Shown here: one piece after another, positions 12,641-27,331 of the stretch
How the letters are laid out: every line of letters starts with the position of its first letter
Numbering within the stretch: position 1 is the first letter of the stretch
Assembly: GCA_964106915.2 (NCBI GenBank)
Contig: OZ066915.1
Length of the DNA stretch: 64,000 nt
DNA from: Podarcis gaigeae
Lineage: Eukaryota
Direction: 5' to 3' (one strand)
Translations under genes and position numbers: made by a program
Notes under the pieces: generated by a model
Databases searched by the model: none
Told to the model about the DNA's origin: nothing
Seen by the model: the letters and a program-made list of their open reading frames with translations, nothing else

Positions 12641-14222
12641 GCGAGGCAACCCTTTAGAAAGTGGGGTGTGTGTGAAAATTGTTTGGGGTTCCTTCCCAGC
12701 TCAGCAAGGGGTACCAGTCTAAGAATGCACCCAGCCCCTTCCTAGTTAATCAAGCAGTACTGCTTTGCCAGTGAACACAACCTTTTGGTGTTGGCAGAAC
12801 GCTGTGTTACAAAGATGGAGAAGCTGGAAGAGGGAGTTTAGTATGCCAATTCTGCTTTCTAAAGCCCAGCCCTGAGCTACTTCTGGAAATATCCTCTGCC
12901 AGAGTCCCCAAAACTCTAGTTTATATCATGACAAAAAAAAAAAAAACTAAACTTGGATGATGTTCAGCTTGCATAATACACAGAATTAGCATATAATTAT
13001 TTGATCACTTTTAATCAGCCAAATTTATTTAATTAACTGATTAGATTATGACTCCAATTGTCTTCAGAACCCGCACAAGTGGTGACAGCATGGGGTATTA
13101 TTTCTATTGTGCAGCTGGAGTAGAGAGAAAAGGATGGGGTTCATGGGATACAGGTGAATGATTAGGATGAGTTAAGGGTAATTCTCTCTCTCATTTACCT
13201 GTTTACCTCTAGATACTTTAGAAGACATTGAATCCACCTTCCTAAGCTTTATCTTTCCTTTGTGGCCATGACTGCTAGAAACTGTCTAATTTGAGGCAGT
13301 TCTCATCTGCAGCTATATTTGACATGTTTCTGTCGGCAGTAGATGGGTTTTTCAGCCCCAAACCTCTTTGGACATGGAGCATTTCCTTGGTTCTGTGAAT
13401 TTTCTGCTCTCGAGAACCCTCTTTGTCATTGTGCTTGGTGCCATTACATACCTGTAGCTTCAAAAAACCTGATTATGCAATTTAGAGAGTGTACAACTAT
13501 CTACGTGGTAGCCTTCCTGCTTTGGATACATGGAGTGTGTTGGAGCACCAGGTAGTTTCTCTTAGACACAAGACTGCCTTCCAGGTTGGATCTGATCTTT
13601 GGTACATTATAGAACACAAGGTATGCGGTGGCCATGCCATGGCTGCTGGTGTCTGCATACAGGTCATCAGTTGGTTTGCAGTCAGGATGTTTTTGGGAGC
13701 CCTTAGTTCAGTGCTGGTGGATGTGTGGCTCTCTAAATGTCTATTCCAGCTTCAGCTAGTGGTCGGGGAAGGTGGGAATTGCAGTCCAGCAGCATCTGGA
13801 GGGCCACAGGTCCCCTCTCCCCCATGTTTCAGTCACTGTCTCAGCACATGGCAGGTGCTTTAACCATGAGTAGCTCACCTGTGACTGGGAAACTTTAGAG
13901 TCTCTGAGTCTTGAATGATTCCACTTTAAATCTCATGATTGACATTATTGGCTGAAATCCAGAAGGGCCCATGCTTCCCCAGATTCTTCTCAGAATTTCA
14001 TTCCACAGCTCCTAAATGTCTCTTTCAAAAATAAGTTTGGGGGTTGTGGCATGAGAACCTTTTTGAAGGGGAGAAGCTGCTAAGAAGGGGAGAAGCTGCC
14101 AGTACATGGAACTGCCAGTCTTAAAAGTCTCTAGTTGTGTGTGTGTATTTTTGAAACTTGCAGAGCACCTTCTGAGTTGGAATCTGAGGAGAAAATGTGT
14201 GCATGCAAACAGATGGGACATA

Positions 14223-14399
14223 CAGTGGTACCTCGGGTTAAGTACTTAATTCGTTCCGGAGGTCCGTTCTTAACCTGAAACTGTCCTTAACCTGAAGCAC
14301 CACTTTAGCTAATGGGGCCTCCTGCTGCCGCTGCACCGCCGGAGCACAATTTCTGTTCTCATCCTGAAGCAAAGTTCTTAACCCGAGGTATTATTTCTG
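14223..14399. mobile_element. Truncated Tc1/mariner MITE (same family as 36723-36920)
   Basis: Starts TA-cagtggtacctcgggttaagtac, identical to 36721; right TIR absent. Confidence 0.8.
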
Positions 14400-15243
14400 C
14401 ACAAGGGCTTCTGTATGTGCAACAGGGCTTCCCCCTCTCCCACATGCACCCTGAAATTGTCTCGAAGGGGTTGGGGTACCCCCAGAACAGCATGGAGGGG
14501 AGGGAGGGAGATTGTTCCATCTGGCAAGTGGAAATCCCTGCCTAGGCAGAGCGTTTGTCATGGTGCAGCATTGAATTTCACATCTGTATGACTCCTCAAA
14601 AGCCTTGCAAATGAGTGGCATGGATGTGGAGAGAGTGGGTCCTGCCTTCCTTTTTCATGGGTTTACTTATTCCCTGCTCTTGCTTTAAAAGGCTGGAGGC
14701 CCCAGTGTGGCCCAAAGTTGTCTGTGACTTGCAAGGATTGGGCACAAGTTGGCCCCCAAAATAAGCAACATGGTGACAGACCTAAAGCTGAGCAGCCGTG
14801 ATCTTTAGCAGAGGTGACCGGTTGCTACTGTATTCTCCAGGCTGGATTTAGGGCTCCAGTGGTAACACAGACTTCTCAGATATTGATTGTGCATATTTCC
14901 ACAGGCCAGCAGTTGGCCATTTCTCATCTAGAGTCTCATGGCTGAGCCTAAAAGAGGGGGCTGTGTGTCTGCTCTCTGCCCTCCAGGGAATGTTTGCTCC
15001 TTGGGAATCCGACTTGTTGAAAGGTGTTGTCTTCCCCTTTCTGGCCTTCCTGCTGGGAATGCATCCTCCGTTCCTGGTGATTCAGCAAATAGGCCCGTCA
15101 AAGAAATGAGAGCTGGCAGACTTGAAGGGGACTCCTGTTTCCCAACATAGCCTCTTTGACTCCTAAGGAGTGTTCAGCAGCTCAGGCCTTCAGGCAACAT
15201 GCTCTCTTGTCAATGCTCTTTCTCTGCCTCTGCTTACTTACAG

Positions 15244-15305
15244 TGAAGGAGTTTCTTGCCAAAGCCAAAGAAGAGTTCCTCAAGAAATGGGAGAACCCGT
15301 TGCAG
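15244..15305 (+). CDS. PRKACA: PKA catalytic subunit alpha, exon 2 ((V)KEFLAKAKEEFLKKWENPLQ)
   Basis: cag|tg...cag|gtatg, 62 nt; matches PKA-C exon 2 size and sequence. Confidence 0.95.
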
Positions 15306-17171
15306 GTATGACACCTCTCTTCTTGTCTTGATATTTTGCCTTCCTTCCTTTATCTAGCCATAGCAGCCTGGGTCTTGTTGCTTCTAAGCTCTTAGGCCTG
15401 ATTTGAAAGTGACACTGACCTGGTTTGCATGCAACCATCAGCCAGAGTTAGACAACTTATGGCTTCGCAGGAATGTGCATGTGTGCTGGTGCACACGGTT
15501 TAAATCGCTCCCGTGTACCCTGCCTCCTTTTGATGTGCTGGAAAGAAAACAGACCAGGGTGCCAAGAATACATGTGTACAGTTTCACACAATACATGTGT
15601 ACAGTCTAAGCTCAGAATATGTGTGTACCGTTTCACACAACTGGTGTTGCATTTAAGTAAGGGATACACTGCCTAACTTGAATGCTATACTGTGCTGCAT
15701 GCATTGAAACGACTGCCTTGATATTAAATTCATTAGTACATAGTTCTCCCCATTTTATCCTCACAGCAGTCCTGTGAGGTAGGTTAGGCTGAGAAACTGC
15801 AACTGGCCCATTGAGCTTCATGGCTGAGTGGGGATATGAACCCTGGTGTCCTGGGTCCAGGTCTGACACTCTGATCACTCTGGCTCTCCTGTACTGGCTG
15901 TGTGGAAGCCCATTTGGGTCTGCATTCACTTGTTTTTTATGTGTATAAAATGTGACCAGTGTAACTTTTTAAAACAAGGCTTTGGAAGGATCTTGCCAAA
16001 ACTTTGTTATTGCTAGTTACACCAAAGGCAAAAGTCTTGATGCTGGTGGACATCCTAAATTATCCTGCTGAAGAAATAGGTGCTGAGACAGGTGTTTCAG
16101 TCCCCAGGTTATTCTGGAATTGCCCCTTTTCTAGGAATAATTTTGCAGGGGTACAATACAGGAGGAGAGTGAGGTGGAAACACAGATGGAAACACAGGAA
16201 GAGAATCAGCTTTGGATTAGTTTACCTTTTGCAGTTCTAAGACACTTTGGAAGATGTGTCTGACAATAAGGTTTGCCAGTGCCCGGGTTGCTTGCATGAC
16301 AAGGAACAAATACCGGTAGTTAAGATCTTTCCAAATTACTAAGCAAGGCTCAGAAGCCCTTCACCTATCACATATACTCTTTGGTGTTAGCAGACCATAT
16401 TACAGAAAGGGGAATGCAATCTCCCTCTAGCTGAATAAGGTATTTTCTTCCCTGCAATATCTGATGAATACCTCACTGCTCAACTAACAGGTCCGATGCT
16501 TTAGCTTTTCAGCAAATAACTCCCAGAAGGTGACTGCCAAAATAACTGCTTCATGGCAATAAAATGACTGTGTAAATTGGCCCGGAAATTTGGATGCTCT
16601 CGCTGTTTTGGCTTGTTCCATTTGCTGCCCCCTACATAAAGGTGTCATTACATCTGGTTGTATTTTGCAATAAGTGTGATATGTGGGGATATTACTGTTT
16701 TTTTTGTCAGGCTCTAAGGCTTAACCTGTTGCTGCTAGTTTCTAGGTTATTACAGATAGCGTAGTGAGTGTTGGGTGTATGTACAGTCCTTTTTGTGGAT
16801 TGAGTTTGATTTTCTTGCTGTTCAGTATGCAGGAGGATTGTATGTCTTTCTCTCTAAAAACTCTTGCCTTTTGCGCCCTCTCGTGGTAAAAAGCTATCTG
16901 TGTCTCAAACCCCAAGAACGCTGCAAGTTTCAGGGAGAAGAGTTGGCACGCCACAGGGATGATCCTCTTCAATAACAGTTGCTGCTTTAATATGACATGG
17001 GAAGGCATGGTATTGCCTGAAGGGTTATCTTTAAAATGAAACTAGTAAGCCGGCATTTTGAACTCTCACGGCCACTTAAGGGTCCCCAAAATCTGATGAC
17101 CAGAGCCTGGTGTCCTTGACAGATTGTCTTCCTCTGCTTTTTATATTCTTATTTTCCAAATCCTTTTTCAG

Positions 17172-17300
17172 AATACGTCCAGCCTGGATCACTTCGACCG
17201 GCTCAAGACCCTGGGTACAGGCTCTTTTGGGCGGGTGATGCTCGTGAAGCACAAGGAGACCGGGAATTACTTTGCCATGAAGATCCTTGACAAGCAGAAA
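17172..17300 (+). CDS. PRKACA: PRKACA exon 3 (Gly-rich loop GTGSFG, AMK lysine)
   Basis: 129 nt, AG/GT; the HKETGN motif is C-alpha-like rather than C-beta-like (HKATEQ). Confidence 0.97.
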
Positions 17301-17398
17301 GTGAGTTTGAGCCTGTCATTGAGTTCTGGGAGTTGGTGCCTGAGGTTGGCAAGAGGGAGGCCCAACTGACTCTGATTGACTTCCTTTCTGTCTTGCAG

Positions 17399-17497
17399 GT
17401 TGTTAAGCTGAAGCAAATCGAGCACACCCTCAATGAAAAGCGCATTCTCCAGGCTGTGAACTTCCCATTCCTTGTCAGGCTAGAGTATTCTTTTAAG
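17399..17497 (+). CDS. PRKACA: PRKACA exon 4 ([33 protein letters not shown])
   Basis: 99 nt, AG/GT, in phase. Confidence 0.97.
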
Positions 17498-18664
17498 GTA
17501 AAGGATGTCTTTGCACTCTCTCCCCCCACCCCCTGCCTAAATATTCATTCTCTGGCTTTCTGGTCCTTTGGACACCTGCTCTGCTGCATCAGATCAAAGG
17601 CACACAGTGGCCAACCAGATACTTAAGGGAAGCTAACCACTTTACCATAGCACCCAGCTAATCTTTTTGCCCCTGTCTGGGCTTGTGGCTAGCTGAGCAT
17701 CCACCATGGCAGGCAAGCCCAGCTGGCTGGATACTTTCTGTGCCGGTACAGTAGGTACAGTGTGCTTCCCCTTTGGGAGCAGCCTGGGTAGGTGGAACTC
17801 CTGGGCTAGAGCACACGTTGTCACGATAGGCCATCAAAACTCTTCCTTATGATAGGCCTTCAATATTTTGTTTTGTCCTAGCTCTTTCTGGTGTTAGTGG
17901 AGTTTTGGGCAAGTAAACAAGTGGACACTATAAGCATAAAAAATGTTTAATGAAGCCAACAGTATTTTATCATTTTGTGTTTGAGTTACCCAGAGAACAA
18001 TCTTACTGGGTTGCCTTATATAAATACAGTAAGTAAGGCTGCAATCCTAACACCACTTACCTAGAAGTAAGCCTCGTTGAATTCAGTAGGATTTACTTTT
18101 AAGTCAATGTGAAAGTGCTATAGGGAGCATGTAAGTCTGGACTATGTGACAAGGCAACTGTGCCTTGTCTATTAATGCAGCTCTAAATCAAGGTTTTGCA
18201 GGCTTCCGTTCACCTCAGCTACATAGAAAGGATATAAAAAGCCATTGAGTCCTACCTATTGCCACAAAGGGCAGAACCATTTTTTAAAAATCTGCTTTGA
18301 AGGAAATATGCATGTTTATATACCCTTTGTGGCTGTAACCTAAAACCAGTGGCTGTTTGAAAGCTCAATCAGAAGAGGAGGCCTCTACTGCTGTCTCATA
18401 GGTTCCTTCCCATTTCCCCTCTGCTATAGCCGTGTCAAAAGCTTACCTCTCAGAATAAAGCCTGAACAAATACATTCATGCTACCTTGCAGAGATTGTTT
18501 CAGTTGCAGAATTTGGGGGTTAAAAAAAAAAAAGTATCTTAATTCTAAATACTATTTCCTCAGCAGTAAGTCCCATTGATGTTAGTGGGGCTTGCTTCCA
18601 AGTTGGTTGGTGTTAGACTGTGTGTATAATTCATTCCCTTGGTAGTGAGAGTAATTCTGTAAGT

Positions 18665-18885
18665 CTACAAGAAGATCCTTGCTGGATCAGCCCAAAAGCC
18701 CATCTAGTCCAGCATTCTGCCCAACAGTCCGTACTAGCCAACCAGGTGCCTATGGGGAGCCACAAACAGGATCTGAGCACAACACTCTTTTGTTTATGAA
18801 GTGGTATTGAGAGGCCTGCTACCCCATAGTGGAGTTACTATAGTTATCATGACTAGCGGTCATTATTAGTCTTATCCTACATGAC
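18665..18885 (-). mobile_element. CR1 LINE 3' UTR remnant
   Basis: gctggatcagcccaaaagcccatctagtccagcattctg motif typical of squamate CR1 3' ends. Confidence 0.55.
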
Positions 18886-19317
18886 CAGGTACTAAGAGGT
18901 TTGAGTTCACCTTAGTAACAGCTACTTTTGAAGTTGTTGCCTTTTTTTTAAGGTCATGGCAGGAAAAGACTCTGAACAGAACATAGCACTAAAACCAAAA
19001 CACTCTGCTATAGAAACAGTTTTGCACCAAGCAAAACTATATGATCGTTGTGCAAATAAGTTGTGCAAATGAATGGGGACTAGAAGACAAGGAACTTGTA
19101 TACATTCAGATTTTAAAGAACTTGCATTTATTGAGCGGGAAGCAAGGCAATGGTGGTAGAGAGCGATTGACTAGGGAACAAACGTGAAGATTGGAATTGG
19201 GGGCAGTTAGGAAAGTGTAGCCATGTGAAGGAATGAAGTACTGATCTGAAATGCTGGGACCTGTTCCTTCACCACCACCTAGTCTGTAGGCACTGTATCA
19301 ACATTTTGGTTTTTTAT

Positions 19318-19465
19318 AACAAAAAAAATTCCTTCCAGTAGCACCTTAAAGACCAACTAAGTTAGTTCTTGGTATGAGCTTTCGTGTGCATGCACACTTC
19401 TTCAGATACACTTCAGTATATTTTTGTTTTGACTATGGCAGACCAACACGGCTACCTATCTGTAA
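19318..19465. mobile_element. Short Penelope-like element insertion (inverted pLTR fragments)
   Basis: tagcaccttaaagaccaactaag and ggcagaccaacacggctacc motifs in opposite orientations; flanked by the 12-bp direct repeat ttggttttttat (19306-19317, 19466-19477). Confidence 0.8.
19372..19409 (-). ncRNA. Minimal type I hammerhead ribozyme motif of a Penelope-like element
   Basis: Minus strand reads GUAU-CUGAAGA-A-GUGUGCAUGCACAC-GAAA-GC-UC/AUAC: intact core, palindromic stem II, palindromic AGCU mini stem III, stem I GUAU/AUAC. Confidence 0.75.
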
Positions 19466-19737
19466 TTGGTTTTTTATCTGCAACTGCAAGGGCAAGATAC
19501 TTCATTTTTTTAAAGGAAATTGGCAGGAACTTGAATTCTGTGGTGTATATAGTCCTTTCTCCCAGCCCAACAGCAAACCCAGTTCCTGTTCTAGAGTGCT
19601 CCTATGGATGTGTGAGTACGCTGGTTTAAGCGTCACTGCAGAAAGGCAATAGAAGTAAATAAATTGGAGAGCTGTGGCCCTGAACAAAGCAGTGCAAAGC
19701 AGTGCTGGCCAGGACCCTGAGTTGTTTCTGCCCTTGA

Positions 19738-19827
<90 letters not shown>

Positions 19828-20954
19828 TGAGTGTGCTCCCCTGTCATTGTAAGGTTGGGATGATGCTCTCAGTTGTGGGAACAGAAGAGCTGAGAGTTGG
19901 GCTTCCTGGGTTAGAACACGGGAAAGGAACCAGGAAAGAACTAGGTTTCTCTTGTTCTGCACTTTAAAGTTGAGTGGAGGATATCTTCCCCTTCCAGCAA
20001 GCCCTAACTTCTGGGGTAAAGAATATGCAGTTTAGAAAAAAGTCTAATGATAGGACAGAAGCTGCATTTGCTTTGACATTAATTCCCATCCTCTTGGATG
20101 TGAAGCTGGTGACTTGCAAAGAGCAGATCATTCCTATCAGAGTGTGGTGGCAATGACACTGAGTTCCTGATTATTCTCTTTAACACTAAGGGGCAAGGGG
20201 TGACCTGGCTTGACAGGCCCATATGAGCGGAGTGCTTTTCATCAGAGGATTGTTAGCGGAGACTTCAGTATAGAAGCTACCACCATAGAACATGCTTCTA
20301 TCTTGCTTTGTATCCATTTACTGTATGGAAAGCGGGATGCTTGTTAACATGCTCTCATTTAACTGTGTAGTTATGTGTGCTTCAGATAAGCTGCCATCTT
20401 GTAGAACAGTCTAGAACTGGCATAGCACTGAGACTGAACGATGGACCAGGAAGCCCCCAGTCCGAATGGTGCCTCTGCCATGAACTCAGCTACATGGCAT
20501 TGCGCAAAGTTCTGTCTCACAGCCTCAGCCCCACCATCTGCAACATGGAGAGTAAATAGTAGTGACTTACCGTCCAGGATTGTTGCAATGATTACACCTA
20601 CATAAGAACATGGTCAGAATAAGGGAAGAGATTCTGCATGTGTTCAGCCATAGGTGGGGCAGGTAGAGCATGAGTGAAATGTGTGAGATAACTTCCAGCT
20701 GAAGACTCAAGGTCCTGTTGAACGGGGAACAGGGGAGAGATCTGGTCTTAAGGTATTGGTTTGTGACGGGGTGGAAACCTGAGCCCTTTTGCTGAGAGTA
20801 CAGCTCCCATCATTCCTGACTGAGCTGGTTGGGGCTGATGGGAGTTGGAGCCCAACCCAGCAGTGCTCTGGAGGGCCACAGGTTCTCCATCCCTGGTTTA
20901 TGGTGATCAGTGAAGGTGAAGACTCAGCTGGCATGCATTGGAGGTGGCCTATGA

Positions 20955-21131
<177 letters not shown>

Positions 21132-21631
21132 TGAGATTCTGCCGCACAGCATTTTGAGAATTCCTCTCCTTGTCAGTATGTCTAGGAATACTGTTTCTTT
21201 CCCCAAATATCTGTAACAATTAGTTTTTTTTAAGAAAGGACTGAATTTTGACAAGCATAAGTAACTTCTTAGGAAATTTTGGAGTTGACATAAAATCTAA
21301 AGGTGCACCTCTTTCTATCATTTGTTCTTTGAATATCAGGAAGTCCATCCCGCCCCCAAGTGGTACCTGCTCAACCAAATGTGCTCCAAACCACCAGATG
21401 CACTTTTCCTATTTTGGTGGCAAGTGGGGAGCATGTTAGAAGCCATTCATTATGAGCAGTTGCTGTTTAGAAAGTGATACTTACCTTTGGAAACAAAATC
21501 TTCTCTCTTATTCCACCCGAAACATCACCTCTCCATGTGCTGGGGTTTGTGCAAGCCTCCATCGCTTCCTTTGTGCTGCTGACCCTATTGGTGTGGAGAA
21601 CTCAGCTTTGTTAATTTTCTCTTACCTCCAG

Positions 21632-21727
21632 GTGACAGATTTTGGCTTTGCCAAACGAGTGAAAGGCCGAACATGGACCCTTTGTGGGACTCCAGAATAC
21701 CTGGCTCCTGAAATCATTCTGAGCAAG
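21632..21727 (+). CDS. PRKACA: PRKACA exon 7 (DFG, activation loop [15 protein letters not shown])
   Basis: 96 nt, AG/GT. Confidence 0.97.
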
Positions 21728-21849
21728 GTGAGACACCTGTACTCAGGAACAGTGTTTTGGGCCTTGTTCAGCCCAGAAAGAAGACTGTGTCCATCTCGAT
21801 ATCTTGCAGTACACTGCAGTTAAGTGCCTCTCTTCCTTGGTGTTTGTGA

Positions 21850-22125
<276 letters not shown>

Positions 22126-23278
22126 TAGCTCACAGTATACAGTGCATACATTTATAATGTTCGGTGAAGCATGGACCTGCTGTGTTTACCTGCCAAATAA
22201 ATGTTGGAGTAGGTGGAATTCAGCAGACTGTGAACGGAAACCCCCTCTGTATTTTCTTGGCAAATCTTCCAGCTATTTTTTGGTGCTGCTTGCAGCTTTC
22301 ACCACAGGAAAAAATGTCTGGAAATCTAGATGGTTGAAGTTATATTCACAGTCTGACCTTATTTTGAGGAAAGAGGCAGATCTGTTGGCTTCATTTGAAT
22401 ACTGAGTCTCAAATTTCGTATACTTTAAACAAACTTAAGGCTCTAGTCTTCAGTGTGAAGAAGAAATTAGTTGAAGAATTCTACAGGCTAAGTGGAATAT
22501 GGATTTTCTGAGTCTAGAATTCCAGTGTCTGTAATACTTGGCAGTTCTCCCAGGTGAGACTCCTACAGTAATGTGAGGCCGAGCAGCACAAAAAAGATCA
22601 GAAAAGCACAAAGTGGAGTTTTATAAGTTAAACAGAGTAAAACTGCGGAAAGGGGGAGACATGCAACTCAAGCTCTCTGTAACTGCAACACTGTGAGTTT
22701 TCAGAATATTGCTCTTAGAATTTGTAACATGGCCTAAAGGAGTGAGGTGTGGCAGGGCAGTGTTGGAAGAGCTTTTCAGGAAAATGTGTGATGTCAAAGG
22801 AACATCTCCCCCACCCAAGAAAATTAAACAAAAGTAATGGAGATCAGTGAATATATGTGCATGCTAGCTTTCAGATGGCTGGGGCTTGCTCTTGCTCTGC
22901 TGCTCCAGAACATGCATGCTCTCTTTGAGTCCAGCTGTCCTTTTCTCCCTTCCCTGCCATTTATCCTATGAATTTTCACTGGGCTCTACTTGCCAACTTT
23001 GATTTCTCAGGTGGTTAATGCTAAAATAATCAGTATTAAGTTGCCATTTCAGTCAGGCTATTAGGCCAGGAGCTGTGCTGAGCCAGCCTTTCTCAGCAAC
23101 ACCTAAGATCTTTTACTGAGTCAACTAATTGTTGACGAATAAACATGCATTGTGAATAACAGTTATTCTGTTTCACTGACCGCAGTTTACTTTGGATTTG
23201 AAATTTGTGCAGGTGTGTTATGGATCCCCACAATGTCCTTCAGCAAATGATTTGTCCTTGTTAAGATTGCTGTGATAC

Positions 23279-23320
<42 letters not shown>

Positions 23321-23331
23321 CATTATTATTA
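23279..23331. repeat. (TTA)n microsatellite
   Basis: About 17 near-perfect TTA/TAT units. Confidence 0.95.
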
Positions 23332-24833
23332 GCACTTAGTATCACAGTTGGGCATGAGGCATTATTTTTAACTAGTTGAATTAATATAAAAGCTCCCAGA
23401 ACCTTGTTTGTGATAGGTTCTTGCATCAGAACAGCTCAGCTAAGGTTGCATTTAAAAAACATAGTCAAAATGTTAGGCGCTTGATCAGGTTTGGCTCTCT
23501 GCAAAAGAAACTGATGATACTTGTGCACCTCTGTGAGGTGGGCTAGATAAGTCATCCAAGTAATAATGACTGAGGGTTAAACACGGTTGGTCATGATGAC
23601 AGTCTAGCACAGATCTCAGCAGAATGAATAGCAAGTAACCATTAATCAAGATTAGGTGCTCTGCTTAAAAGAGAAAGGGAATCTGGGTAGAAGTAGCTCC
23701 TTTCACAATACTAAGAGAAGAGGCTAAACCGGACTCTGTGATACTTACATTTGATCTTGGTAATAAAATTCCAGTCTTACATTTAAACTGGTACACTAAA
23801 TGTACTTAAATATAGGGCATGTCTACACTACAGATTTGAGCCAGATTTTTTTCAAACTGATTCATCTGTTTCCACCCCCCTGCCAAGGAAAACTAAGAGC
23901 ATTGCTTGGGGATCCTCATTGCTTCATAGAATCACATTGCCTAATGCCTTAAGCCCCTTTAAAAACTATGGTGTAAATATGTGCATAACCTAGCACCACA
24001 TCCCTACTAATCTCTGCCTGATAACATTCTACCTTTTTATCTATCTAATATCTTTCTGTGGTAGAACAAAATGTAGGTTACAGTAAGCACATATACGTGA
24101 ACTGCCCTGAAATCTTTGGATGAAGGGTGGTATATAAATTTAATACACAAGTAAAATAAATATAGCCACTTTGCCAGTGCTTTTTTCTTAGGGCGTTTGC
24201 TCCTAGGGCTTCTGATTGAAGATCTTCAAACCCACTAGCCACCCTGAATTTCATTTAGGTGAGATACATTGTTGAGAAGCAAGCGCAAAGAGCACCTGTA
24301 TTATTTTTAAGGGTTTTCTTGCTGTCAACTTCTTTTGCCAAACTGCTTCTTAAATTGTTTTCAGTTTTTAAAAAGTAATCCAGGGGACATTGCGTCAGTT
24401 GTACATTTGTGTGTGCATGTAAATTTCTCTCTTTCAGCAGCTCCTGTGCCAAGCCAGTCAGACCATTTTTTTTTAATTCAGAAGTTATAAATCAGTTTAA
24501 AGAGAGAGAGGCAAGCGTTCCAAGTGTGCCAGTAAAAGCCCTCCTTCTGTCCCTCTTGTGTTTAGAGTGTTTCCAGAGGGATATGCACATCTCTGTCTCT
24601 GTGGCAGCTAGAAGTTCTTGTTAGAATAAATTCTAGGATTTGTGGGAATGTGCAATGTTAACATTTAAGGACATAAGAGCCTGCTAGATTCTGTTCTCAC
24701 AGTGGCCAACCAGATTCATATGGGAAGTCCTCAAGCAGGGCATGGGTGCAACTTCCCAAGGCCCCAGTTTTGTGGTAGATGTTGCAATTGCAGACATATG
24801 GTGAATTAGTGCTTTGGCTACAGAGCATAATGA

Positions 24834-25382
<549 letters not shown>

Positions 25383-26154
25383 TAATGATATGGGATCTCG
25401 GGACATATTGTGATTATTAGTTATCTGTGAAAAGATCCCAGGATCTAGTTAAATCCACTGTTGCAGCTGTGTTGGAAATCATCATGTCTTCTCTTAGACC
25501 TTCCCTTTGCGAATTTGATTGAAAGCTTCAGCCCCACAGCTGCTAATGGCATCTGGATGCTAAAAACCTTCTCTGGTCACTTGCTGCTTTCCATGGTATA
25601 AGCCTGCAGCCTTCCAGGTGTTGTCAGACTCCAGCTCCCACCTTGCTGGTCAGGAGTTTGAATCCAGCACAATTTGGAGTGCCATTCCTGGTATAGGATC
25701 TGCTAATGGCCAAATGAAAGTAATTGCCCATAGAACATGAGGAGCGGGCAAGGCTGAGAAACCCCTTTGTATGAAAAAGCTGAAGGGAGGGAGGATAGGA
25801 TGATGTCGTTGACTGTGTTCACTCTTAGTTCTGCTGCCTACCTAATTTGCAAATATTCTGGAGATGAAGGTTATAAGTTTCAGTTCCTCCTAAACTGGGG
25901 GAAAATAGCAGGCCCAATTAAATGCATCTCTGCTGAGAGGAGGAAGCTGAGCAGCAAGGCAGGGGTCAGTAGGTACAGCTTCCATTTTGGCTGGGCCTGA
26001 TTCAGGGCCAAACAAGACGTGTGTTTTTGTTCAGTCTGTACCTGCCCATTTGCCTGTAACGTGCAGGTGTGGGGAGAGCCATGTTTTATGTCAGGGTGGG
26101 CATACAAGGAAGGGAATCAAGGGCTACTCCATCCACCCTTTTCCTTTTTGTTTT

Positions 26155-26422
26155 ATTATAATTATAATTTTTTATTATTTATTGAATTTATATACCGCCC
26201 TATATCCAGAGGTCTCAGGGTGGTTCACAAACCAAAATAAAAATAAAAAACCACAAAACACATTAGCAAAATAAAAACAACAACCCAATAAACACACCCC
26301 AACAAAACAAAAAAAGCAAAACAAAAACCAAAACATTTTAAAAGGGCATAGGATGTCAATCAAATCAATCAAAGGCCTGGTTAAAAAGGAACATTTTTGC
26401 CTCGCGCCTATAGGTGTATAAT
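26155..26422 (-). mobile_element. L2-type LINE 3' end
   Basis: ttattgaatttatataccgccct...ctcagggtggttcac tail and aaaggcctggttaaaaagga motif typical of squamate L2 3' ends. Confidence 0.6.
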
Positions 26423-27205
26423 GTTTCTTTGAGATTATTTCCCCCCAAACCAGTTCCAGTACTGGAAGTAGAGTGGGATAAAGGGAAAGGAGATTAAAGT
26501 AACCCAAGTGTGGCAAGGTAAAGAAGGGGAAAGTTTTGTTCCCCTCTCCTGCCAACTCGTTTTTGATACTCAGAAAGAAGATTTCAGCCCCCTCTGAGAG
26601 ATAAGCAGTCAAGGACCTGATTAAAAAGCACAGGCTTGCCCTTTAGTGGGCTCAAGCTATGAGTGAGGAAGAGCTCATGTCGCTCTCCTTGCCTGTGGAA
26701 TAGGCTCAGCTGTACCCAAGGGCCACATTCCCTTTTGGGCAGCCTTCCAGGGACCACATGCTGATGGTGGGTGAAGCCAGAAGCCAAAGTGAGCAAAGCA
26801 GTGGATGTGAATTTTATTGTGCAATAGGCTCCTTTCTACAGATGCCTGCGCGCGCACACCCACCCACCCTCTGCCTTCCATCCAGGCAAGCAAGAGGTAT
26901 TACCAGAGCCCAAGGACCTATTCCAGTCAGGCAAGTGGGGCCAGGGAGGTGTGTGTGGTCTGGGAAGGGTCCCACAGGTCAGAGAGGAGTACATTTGCCC
27001 CCCAACCCTGAGGTTCCCCTGTATGACATGTGTTCTCTCTCTCTCCCCTGCCCACCTATTTTTGTTTCTGGTTAAACTGAGAAGGCGTAAACCCAATAAC
27101 CCCGCAGGGAGCCCAATTTCACAGCGAATGGTATCATTTCTCTCTCCTAAACCCATGCAGACACAACCCCTAATAACTCCTCGCTTTGTCCCCTCCCCTC
27201 CACAG

Positions 27206-27331
27206 GTGGAAGCTCCCTTTATACCAAAGTGCAAAGGCCCCGGCGACACAAGTAACTTTGACGACTACGAGGAAGAGGAGATCCGGGTGTCCATCAGTGA
27301 GAAGTGCGCCAAGGAGTTTGCAGAATTTTAG
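27206..27331 (+). CDS. PRKACA: PRKACA exon 10 (AGC C-tail VEAPFIPK...FDDY...EFAEF*)
   Basis: cag|gtg, ends TAG; contains FDDY and the terminal FxxF motif. Confidence 0.97.
   Translation: MEAPFIPKCKGPGDTSNFDDYEEEEIRVSISEKCAKEFAEF

Noticed and set aside
27230-27232. Cys in PKCKGPG (Phe318 in human PRKACA)
   Set aside because: As recalled, Cys at this position is common in non-mammalian PKA-C, so it is probably ancestral rather than novel.
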